From the NCBI GenBank assembly GCA_937900255.1, contig CALCDZ010000002.1, positions 73,655-137,654 on the forward strand: a DNA stretch of 64,000 nt. Reading direction: 5' to 3'. This document shows, piece after piece, positions 56,146 through 64,000 of this stretch. Each line of letters begins with the position of its first letter. The first letter of the stretch is position 1. The DNA is from an uncultured bacterium (GTDB lineage: Bacteria; Patescibacteriota; Patescibacteriia; SG8-24; DYFX01). A program made the translations under genes and the position numbers. Below the pieces are notes generated by a model. That model did no database searches. It saw nothing but the letters and a program-made list of their open reading frames with translations, and was not told the DNA's origin.

Positions 56146-56192
56146 GACCGATCGGACCGCGACTCAGCGGACGGTCGGTTTTTTCTTTTTTT
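56146..56192 (+). terminator. GC-rich hairpin + long T-tract terminator after terpene synthase-like gene
   Basis: GACCGATCGGACCGC...GCGGACGGTCGG followed by TTTTTTCTTTTTTT. Confidence 0.55.
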
Positions 56193-56224
56193 GACCGAAA
56201 TCAGCGCAAAAAAGTTACCAACCG

Positions 56225-56253
56225 TTGACGTCGCCTGTTCGAGCAAGTAGACT
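56225..56253 (+). promoter_or_regulatory. sigma70-like promoter TTGACG-N17-TAGACT for atp operon
   Basis: Same -35/-10 hexamers and spacing as the infA-cluster promoter. Confidence 0.5.
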
Positions 56254-56273
56254 GCGTTCGTCTTTGCCTTTCT

Positions 56274-56525
56274 ATGGGGAAAAACGACGATACCCGCGCT
56301 TCCTACCTGCTCGGCTTGCGCATCATGGCCGATTTCGGCGCGACCATCGCCATCCCGGCGGTCTTCGCCAGCTGGCTGGGCAGCAAGCTCGATGCCGCCT
56401 GGGGCACCCGGCCGTACGTCCTGACCGGCGCGCTCGTCGTCGCCTTCGCCCTGACCGCGATCATCGTCCGCCGCAAGGCTTTCGCCTACGGCAAGGAGTA
56501 CCGCAACCTGATCAAGAAGCCATGA
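56274..56525 (+). CDS. AtpZ/AtpI-like small membrane protein preceding atpB
   Basis: 83 aa, two TM helices, position immediately upstream of atpB overlapping by ATGA. Confidence 0.5.
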   Translation: MGKNDDTRASYLLGLRIMADFGATIAIPAVFASWLGSKLDAAWGTRPYVLTGALVVAFALTAIIVRRKAFAYGKEYRNLIKKP

Positions 56526-57385
56526 CCATCCCCCCGATCGCCGCCGAACCCATCGCGCACCTCGGATCGTTCACGGTCACGAACTCCCTTTTGACCGCCT
56601 GGGTGGCCGTCGGGCTTTTCATCGCGCTGGCTTTCCTGGTCAACCGCAAGCTGACGTCCGGCGCGCCCGGGCGTTTCCAGTCGGCCGTCGAAGCGCTGCT
56701 CGAATTCATGCTCGGCTATGTCGATCAAGTCACGGGAGATCGCGCCAAGTCGCGCAAGTTCCTGCCGCTGGTCGGCACCCTTTTCCTGTTCATCCTGGCC
56801 TGCAACTGGATGGGTTCGATTCCGGGCGTCGGCTCCGTCACCCGCACCGTCCTCTTGGAAGGGAAGCTCGAGAACGCGCCGATCTTCCGGCCGGCCAACG
56901 CCGACCTGAACATGACCTTGGCGATGGCGCTCCTCACGGTCGTCACCTCGCACCTGGTCGGCATCATCTCGATCGGCTTCTTCGCCCATTGGAACAAGTT
57001 CATCGCCCTCGGCACGTTCTTCAAGTCGCTCCGCAAGAAGCCGATGGATATCGTGGTCGCCTTGGTCGAGATGCTGGTGGGCGTGATCGAATTGTCGGCC
57101 GAGGTCGCCAAGATCGCTTCGCTCTCGCTGCGTCTGTTCGGCAACATCTTCGCCGGCGAAGTGCTCATCACCGTCATGTATTCGCTCGTGGCCTACGTCG
57201 TGCCGCTGCCGTTCACCGTGCTGGAACTGATCGTCGGCATGGTCCAGGCCACTGTCTTCTCGATGCTGGCCTTGGTGTACCTGACGATACTCTCCGAGAA
57301 GCCGCACGGCCACGAGGAGGAACATCATGAGGACGAGATGGGCGAAGCGCACGGGCTCGCGCCGCACGCCTCCGAAGCTTCCTAA
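56522..57385 (+). CDS. atpB: F0F1 ATP synthase subunit a (His-rich C-terminal tail)
   Basis: Conserved Arg-containing TM region (LRLFGNIFAGE); C-terminal HGHEEEHHEDE tail. Confidence 0.9.
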   Translation: MTIPPIAAEPIAHLGSFTVTNSLLTAWVAVGLFIALAFLVNRKLTSGAPGRFQSAVEALLEFMLGYVDQVTGDRAKSRKFLPLVGTLFLFILACNWMGSIPGVGSVTRTVLLEGKLENAPIFRPANADLNMTLAMALLTVVTSHLVGIISIGFFAHWNKFIALGTFFKSLRKKPMDIVVALVEMLVGVIELSAEVAKIASLSLRLFGNIFAGEVLITVMYSLVAYVVPLPFTVLELIVGMVQATVFSMLALVYLTILSEKPHGHEEEHHEDEMGEAHGLAPHASEAS

Positions 57386-57499
57386 GAGGAGGCCTTCAGT
57401 CCCCGACGACGTCGGAGCCTGAACTCTCACTCTTAGCCGGTTCCGATCAGCGACGATAAACTCCTCACCCCCCCGTCGCCCTGTAGGACCGCAAAACGC

Positions 57500-57718
57500 A
57501 TGGATGCGGAAACAATGCGCGTGCTCGTGAAAGGCTTGACCATGGCGGTCGGAGGCGTCGCCCCGGCGCTCGCCATCGGCAAGCTGGTCGGCAAGGCCAT
57601 GGAAGCCATCGGACGGAACCCGGAAGCCGCCGGCAAGGTCTTCGTCCCGATGCTGCTCGGCGCCGCCTTCGCGGAAGCCATCGCCATCTACTCGCTCGTC
57701 GTCGTCTTCACCCTGTAA
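57500..57718 (+). CDS. atpE: F0F1 ATP synthase subunit c
   Basis: Two-TM hairpin with GRNPE loop and carboxylate (AFAEAIAIY). Confidence 0.85.
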   Translation: MDAETMRVLVKGLTMAVGGVAPALAIGKLVGKAMEAIGRNPEAAGKVFVPMLLGAAFAEAIAIYSLVVVFTL

Positions 57719-57724
57719 GAAAGT

Positions 57725-57791
57725 CCTCCCCTGAAAGGGGAGGTAGGAGGAGTCTTCCGAAGACTCACCCTACCCTCTCTTTCAGAGAGGG
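57725..57791 (+). promoter_or_regulatory. three consecutive perfect stem-loops between atpE and atpF; third sequesters the atpF Shine-Dalgarno
   Basis: CCTCCCC-tgaaa-GGGGAGG; GAGTCTTC-c-GAAGACTC; CCCTCTC-tttca-GAGAGGG (GAGAGGG lies 11 nt upstream of atpF ATG). Confidence 0.55.
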
Positions 57792-57802
57792 AATCATTCC
57801 CT

Positions 57803-58315
57803 ATGACACCTGAAACCCAAACATCCGTCCTCGGCGCGCTCGGCGTCAACTGGAAGCTCTTCGTCGCCCAGCTGATCAACTTCGGCGTGGTCCTGTTCGT
57901 CATGTGGAAGTGGGTCTACACCCCGCTCCTCAAGGCGATCGACGCGCGCAGCGCCAAGCTCGACAAGGGCCTGAAGGACGCCGAAGCGGCGGCCGCGGCC
58001 AGGACCGGCGCCGAGAAATCTTCCGAAGAGGCGATCCTTTCCGCCAGGCGGGAAGCGCAGCGCATCCTGGAAGAGGCCCAGAAGCAGGCCGACGCGCAGC
58101 GCGCAGAAGCGAAAGCCAAGACGCGGGAGGAGCTGAAGGTCCTGGTGACCCAAGGCAAGGAAGCGCTCGCGTCCGAAAAGGAGAAGATGGTGCTCGAGGC
58201 ACGCTCCCAGATCGCCGAGCTGGCGGTCATGGCCGCGGCCAAGGCGCTGGGGGAGAAGATGACGGACGCGCAGAAGAAGGCCTTGCTTGAATCCGCCGCC
58301 AAGCACGCCGCCTGA
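57803..58315 (+). CDS. atpF: F0F1 ATP synthase subunit b
   Basis: N-terminal TM then long charged helix (A/E/K-rich). Confidence 0.8.
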   Translation: MTPETQTSVLGALGVNWKLFVAQLINFGVVLFVMWKWVYTPLLKAIDARSAKLDKGLKDAEAAAAARTGAEKSSEEAILSARREAQRILEEAQKQADAQRAEAKAKTREELKVLVTQGKEALASEKEKMVLEARSQIAELAVMAAAKALGEKMTDAQKKALLESAAKHAA

Positions 58316-58316
58316 T

Positions 58317-58712
58317 ATGCAGAACATCGCGCAATCCTACGGCGTCGCGCTCCACGAGATCGTGCGGGACCTGGACGAAAAAGACGCGGAGAAGGCCGTC
58401 AAGAAGTTCGTCGGCATGCTCAAGGAACGCAACGAGCTGTACCTCGCTTCCAAGGCCGTCGCGGCTTACGAACGCGAGGCGCGCAAGGCGGAGGGCATCG
58501 AGCGCGTGCGATTCGCTTCCGCCGAATCCGTGTCGGACGCCGAACGCCGCCGGATCTCGAAGGAACTCTCCGGGGCCATCGGCAAGCCGCTCGAGATCGA
58601 CTGGACGGCCGATGCCACGCTCGTGGCGGGAGCCGTCATCCGGTACGCCGACATCCTCGTCGACGCGTCCGTCAAAGGCAAGCTCGCCCGCCTGAAACAG
58701 CAACTCATCTGA
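58317..58712 (+). CDS. atpH: F0F1 ATP synthase subunit delta (short, ~131 aa)
   Basis: Position between atpF and atpA; OSCP-like C-terminal region; start at ATG overlapping atpF stop. Confidence 0.65.
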   Translation: MQNIAQSYGVALHEIVRDLDEKDAEKAVKKFVGMLKERNELYLASKAVAAYEREARKAEGIERVRFASAESVSDAERRRISKELSGAIGKPLEIDWTADATLVAGAVIRYADILVDASVKGKLARLKQQLI

Positions 58713-58713
58713 T

Positions 58714-60228
58714 ATGGCCACCAAAGATTTCATCGTCGAAAAACTGAAGGAGCAGATCGCCGGAGCGACGGTCGGCGTCAAGGTCGAAAAGGTCGGCGCC
58801 ATCGTCGAGGCGGGAGACGGCGTCGTGCGCATGACGGGCCTCACCGAAGCCATGTCTTCGGAAATGCTCGAGTTCCCGGGACCCGACGGCAAGGAACCGT
58901 CCTACGGACTGGCCCTCAACCTTGAGGAGGAGACGGTCGGCGCGATCGTGCTCGGGGAATCCGGTCACCTGAAAGAGGGGGATACCGTCCGTTCGACCGG
59001 CAAGATTCTCTCGATCGACGTCTCCGACGCCTTCATCGGCCGCGTGGTCGACCCGCTCGGCCGCCCGCTCGACGGCAAGGGGCCGATCAAGGGCGGCAAG
59101 CCGTATCCGATCGAGCGTGTCGCCCCGGGCGTCGTCACGCGCGAACCGGTCGGCGTGCCGCTCCAGACGGGCGTCAAGGCCATCGACGCCATGGTGCCGA
59201 TCGGCCGTGGACAACGCGAGCTGATCATCGGCGACCGCCAGACCGGGAAGACCGCCATCGCCGTGGATACCATCATCAACCAGAAGGGGGCGGGCGTCAT
59301 CTGCATCTACGTCGCGATCGGCCAGAAAGAATCGAAGATCGCCCGCATCAAGGCCAAGCTGGAAGAGGCCGGCGCCATGGACTACACCGTCATCGTCATC
59401 GCCGGCGCCTCTGACCCGGCTTCGATGTCGTATCTTGCGCCCTATGCCGGCGCGGCCATCGGCGAGTATTTCATGGACCAGGGCAAGGATGCGCTCGTCG
59501 TGTACGACGACCTCTCCAAGCACGCCTGGGCCTACCGCCAGATCTCGCTCATCCTGAAGCGCCCGCCGGGCCGCGAAGCCTACCCCGGCGACGTCTTTTA
59601 CCTGCACTCCCGTTTGCTCGAACGCGCTTGCCGCCTCGACAAGACCAACGGCGGAGGCTCCTTGACCGCCCTGCCGATCATCGAGACCCAAGCCGGTGAC
59701 GTCTCGGCGTACATCCCGACCAACGTCATTTCCATCACCGACGGCCAGATCTACCTGGAATCCGACCTGTTCTACCGCGGCATCCGCCCGGCCGTGAACG
59801 TCGGCTTGTCCGTCTCCCGCGTCGGCGGCGCCGCCCAAACGAAAGTCATGAAGAAGGTCGCCGGGCGCCTGCGCCTCGACCTCGCCCAGTTCCGCGAGCT
59901 CGAAGCCTTCGCGCAATTCGCCTCCGACCTCGACGAGACCACCAGGAAGCAGATCGAACGCGGACGCCGCACGGTCGAGATCCTCAAGCAGCCGCAGTAC
60001 GAGCCGATGCCCTTCGAACACCAGGCCGCCATCATCTACGCCGTGACGAACGGTCTCCTGGATGACGTCGAGATCGACGGCGTGCGCGCCTGGGAGGACG
60101 GCTTCCACCGCTACCTCAAGGCTTCGCGTGCCAAGATGATGGATGCGATGCGCGAGAAGCGCGCGCTGGAGCCGGAGATCGAGGCCGAGCTGAAGGAAGC
60201 GATCGCCGAATACAAGAAAACGATCTAA
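58714..60228 (+). CDS. atpA: F0F1 ATP synthase subunit alpha
   Basis: Walker A GDRQTGKT, canonical alpha-subunit sequence. Confidence 0.95.
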   Translation: MATKDFIVEKLKEQIAGATVGVKVEKVGAIVEAGDGVVRMTGLTEAMSSEMLEFPGPDGKEPSYGLALNLEEETVGAIVLGESGHLKEGDTVRSTGKILSIDVSDAFIGRVVDPLGRPLDGKGPIKGGKPYPIERVAPGVVTREPVGVPLQTGVKAIDAMVPIGRGQRELIIGDRQTGKTAIAVDTIINQKGAGVICIYVAIGQKESKIARIKAKLEEAGAMDYTVIVIAGASDPASMSYLAPYAGAAIGEYFMDQGKDALVVYDDLSKHAWAYRQISLILKRPPGREAYPGDVFYLHSRLLERACRLDKTNGGGSLTALPIIETQAGDVSAYIPTNVISITDGQIYLESDLFYRGIRPAVNVGLSVSRVGGAAQTKVMKKVAGRLRLDLAQFRELEAFAQFASDLDETTRKQIERGRRTVEILKQPQYEPMPFEHQAAIIYAVTNGLLDDVEIDGVRAWEDGFHRYLKASRAKMMDAMREKRALEPEIEAELKEAIAEYKKTI

Positions 60229-60237
60229 CCGAACGCT

Positions 60238-61146
60238 GTGGGCGTCAACACGAAAGCCATCAATCGGCGGATCAAGTCCGTCGTCAACACCAAGAAGATC
60301 ACCAAGGCCATGGAGCTGGTGAGCGCTTCGAAGATGCGCAAGGCCGTCGCGGCCGTGCTGGCTTCGCGTCCCTACGCCCAGATGGCATGGAGCCTGGCCG
60401 GACGCCTGGAGCGGCGCGGTGAAGAGGCGCATCCGCTCACCGCCAAGCGCCCCGAAGTCAAGCGCACGCTGGCCTTCCTGCTGACGTCCGACCGCGGACT
60501 GTGCGGGGGGTTCAACGCCCAGGTCCTGCGCGTCGCCTCCGACTTCGTGAAGTCCCGTCCCGAAGGATCCGTCGACTTCGCTTCCATCGGGCGACGGGCA
60601 GAAGCTTGGGTCCGCCGCCGCAAGCTTCCCCTCAAGGCCTCGTTCGAAGGTCTCATGGCCGGAGCCGCGCCGCCAGCCACGAAAGTCCGACCGCTCGCGC
60701 GCTTGGCCAAGGACGGCTTCCTGAAGACGGACTACGACGAGGTCGTCGTCATCTACACGGACTTCGTCTCCTCGATCCTGCAGAAGCCGCGCGTGAAACC
60801 GCTCCTGCCGCTCCGGCGGGACGCGGACCTCGGCGAGGTCCAAGGCCATCGCCAGGAGATCGCGCCGAACGCCAAGATGGCGGGGGAGTACGCCTTCGAA
60901 CCGGACCCCGGAAGCGTGCTCGACGCCCTCCTGCCGCGCATCGCTGAAGCCCAGTTGTATCAGGCCGTGCTCGAATCGCTGGCCTCGGAACACTCGGCGC
61001 GCATGCTCGCCATGAAGAACGCCACCGACGCCGCCGCCGACATGATCGATGACCTCCGCCTCACCTTCAACCAAGGCCGACAAGCCGCCATCACCCAGGA
61101 GATCGCCGAAATCTCCGCCGGGCGCGCGGCGCTGGCGAACCGATGA
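60238..61146 (+). CDS. atpG: F0F1 ATP synthase subunit gamma
   Basis: Conserved gamma N-terminus (IKSVVNTKKITKAMELVSASKMRKA) and C-terminal helix. Confidence 0.9.
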   Translation: MGVNTKAINRRIKSVVNTKKITKAMELVSASKMRKAVAAVLASRPYAQMAWSLAGRLERRGEEAHPLTAKRPEVKRTLAFLLTSDRGLCGGFNAQVLRVASDFVKSRPEGSVDFASIGRRAEAWVRRRKLPLKASFEGLMAGAAPPATKVRPLARLAKDGFLKTDYDEVVVIYTDFVSSILQKPRVKPLLPLRRDADLGEVQGHRQEIAPNAKMAGEYAFEPDPGSVLDALLPRIAEAQLYQAVLESLASEHSARMLAMKNATDAAADMIDDLRLTFNQGRQAAITQEIAEISAGRAALANR

Positions 61147-61355
61147 GTATGAAGGAACTCGCTTCTTACCCGACGGCGATCGACGCCAACCTCGACAAGG
61201 CCTTCCTGGAGAGCCAGGGGATCCCGACGCGTATCCTGGGCGAGCGCGTCGCGAACGCGGACCCGATGCTTGGGCTCGCGCTCGGCGTCAAGCTCCTGAT
61301 CGGCGAAAACGACCTCGAACGCGCGCGGCAGCTTCTCAAAGAAATTCGCACGTAA
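61143..61355 (+). CDS. DUF2007-like small protein inserted between atpG and atpD
   Basis: 70 aa; start overlaps atpG stop (ATGA), ends 3 nt before atpD; resembles DUF2007 family. Confidence 0.5.
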   Translation: MSMKELASYPTAIDANLDKAFLESQGIPTRILGERVANADPMLGLALGVKLLIGENDLERARQLLKEIRT

Positions 61356-62726
<1,371 letters not shown>

Positions 62727-62730
62727 ACCC

Positions 62731-63171
62731 ATGAAACTCCTCGACTTCGAACTCACGACGCCTGAGCGCACCGTCCTCCGGACCAAGGTACGCCAGGTTT
62801 CGGTGCCCACGACCGAAGGCGAGATCACCGTGCTCTCCGACCACCTGCCGATCGTCGCGCCGATCCTGGCGGGGGAGATGCGGGTGGTCAGTGAAGACGG
62901 CATCGAATCGCTCATCGCCGTTTCCGGCGGGTTCGTGACCGTCCATCCCGGCAGCCGCTTGGAGATCTTGGCCGACACCGCCGAGCGGGCCGAGGAGTTG
63001 GACCTCAAGGCCATCGAAGAAGCCCATGCCCGAGCCGAAGCGGTGCTGAAGGAAAAGATCGACGACGAGGAACGTCAGGCCGAAGCCACCGCCAGCCTGG
63101 CCCGCGAACTGGCGCGCCTGAAGGTCGTACGTAAGCATCGATCCAAGCAGGGATTCCAGCGTCTGCCGTAA
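62731..63171 (+). CDS. atpC: F0F1 ATP synthase subunit epsilon
   Basis: Beta-sandwich N-domain + helical C-domain; position after atpD. Confidence 0.85.
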   Translation: MKLLDFELTTPERTVLRTKVRQVSVPTTEGEITVLSDHLPIVAPILAGEMRVVSEDGIESLIAVSGGFVTVHPGSRLEILADTAERAEELDLKAIEEAHARAEAVLKEKIDDEERQAEATASLARELARLKVVRKHRSKQGFQRLP

Positions 63172-63175
63172 AAAA

Positions 63176-63206
63176 GCCCCGCACTGAAAGGTGCGGGGTT
63201 TGCGTT
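63176..63206 (+). terminator. rho-independent terminator of atp operon
   Basis: GCCCCGCAC-tgaaag-GTGCGGGG + TTTGCGTT. Confidence 0.7.
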
Positions 63207-63383
63207 CAAGGCGGGCAGTCTGCGGGACTTTGACATGCGGCTGCGTCCGGACTATACGCCTCGTGGCCGCACCCCGGCGGCGAGGTCGAAGTCATCGACA
63301 TCCTCCTGTAGAAGGACGGGGAGAGCCTCGAAGCCTTCAAGGACCGCTGCCAGGAATTCGTCACGAACCGCTGCTCCTAGCCG

Positions 63384-63412
63384 TTGACAAAATCGGCTTT
63401 TCAGCGTATGCT
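63384..63412 (+). promoter_or_regulatory. sigma70-like promoter TTGACA-N17-TATGCT
   Basis: Perfect -35, 17-nt spacer, good -10; GGAGG RBS and ATG at 63439 downstream. Confidence 0.5.
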
Positions 63413-63438
63413 CCGCTCATCTGAAACGGAGGAATCGG

Positions 63439-63768
63439 ATGAAGCGCACGACCTTTTGGAAGTCGGATCTCTGGAGGTACTGTGTCGGTTTCGGCCTGGT
63501 GGGCCTGTTGTTCGCGGTTGATGTCGTCATCCAGGCGATGCACGGCCAGTCGGGCGAGGCCGCCGGAAATGCCTTTGTGGCCGTGTTCCTGCTCGCCATC
63601 TCGCTGATTGTCGGCATCACCGATCGCAGTCCGGCCGCCAAGCACGACACGCGGATCGGCACGGGCGACCTGTCGAACGCCCACGCGCTGGCCTGGCAGG
63701 ACTCCTGCCTCAACCCCGGCACGGAGATCAACCGCTCTCGCACCCAGGACCCGCCGACCCTCGGCTGA
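63439..63768 (+). CDS. small hypothetical membrane protein (2 TM)
   Basis: Preceded by promoter and RBS; two hydrophobic helices; preferred over overlapping antisense ORF 63361-63987. Confidence 0.35.
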   Translation: MKRTTFWKSDLWRYCVGFGLVGLLFAVDVVIQAMHGQSGEAAGNAFVAVFLLAISLIVGITDRSPAAKHDTRIGTGDLSNAHALAWQDSCLNPGTEINRSRTQDPPTLG

Positions 63769-64000
63769 CCATGCTGTACACCCCTGCCGCCCATGAGGCC
63801 GCGCAGGGTTCTTTCTTATCAGCCTTATCGACGGCGCCCAAATCGCGCGAGGGGTTGACGAGAAGGCCAAAAACGTGTACGCTCTCCTACGTCCGAAACG
63901 CTTGAACCTTCCAAAAACCGAGGTGGATGATGCAGCAAGAATTGGGACTCTGGCCTCGAGTGCTCCAGTGGTGCAAGGAATATTCACTTCTTTTTGCGCA

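Noticed and set aside
63361-63987. 208-aa minus-strand ORF at the window end
   Set aside because: It has no motifs and overlaps a + strand ORF (63439-63768) that has a perfect TTGACA-N17-TATGCT promoter and a GGAGG RBS. The + strand gene is preferred, at low confidence.
63929-64000. Partial ORF starting ATGATGCAGCAAGAA at the window end, with upstream TTGACG-N17-TACGCT
   Set aside because: Only 24 codons are visible. This is too short to call a gene or assign a function.

Overview
GC-rich (~65%) bacterial window, tightly packed and almost entirely housekeeping, with most genes on the + strand. Recognisable content: an rRNA/tRNA modification set (rlmN, mnmA, thiI, rsmI, an rlmI-like MTase, CCA enzyme); alaS and metG; the infA-rpmJ-rpsM-rpsK-rpsD-rpoA-rplQ ribosomal/RNAP cluster followed directly by rplM-rpsI; an ABC-2 exporter pair; recQ; a class I ribonucleotide reductase in nrdB-then-nrdA order; an oxidative-stress set (bcp, a 2-Cys peroxiredoxin, sodA, msrA); a lexA locus divergent from a small zinc-ribbon gene followed by a Ser/Thr kinase; and a complete F-type ATP synthase operon (atpZ-like, B, E, F, H, A, G, D, C) with a small DUF2007-like gene between atpG and atpD. 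Several proteins are minimal versions (rpoA without the alpha C-terminal domain, AlaRS without the C-Ala domain, minimal MetRS, short AtpH, NrdA without an ATP-cone). Together with the CxxC-x17-CxxC protein and K-rich r-protein tails, this suggests, by inference only, a reduced-genome bacterium such as a Patescibacteria/CPR-like lineage. No rRNA, tRNA, CRISPR or obvious mobile element was seen. Items most worth follow-up: a tandem GTTC-N7-GTTC candidate LexA operator, a terpene-synthase-like gene next to the atp operon, the three consecutive hairpins between atpE and atpF, NrdR-box-like palindromes upstream of nrdB, and a highly charged 614-aa protein in an operon with cvpA. The ORF track uses alternative start codons (GTG/TTG shown as M). 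Many large antisense ORFs are high-GC artefacts. Coordinates of small RNA/regulatory features may be off by 1-2 nt.
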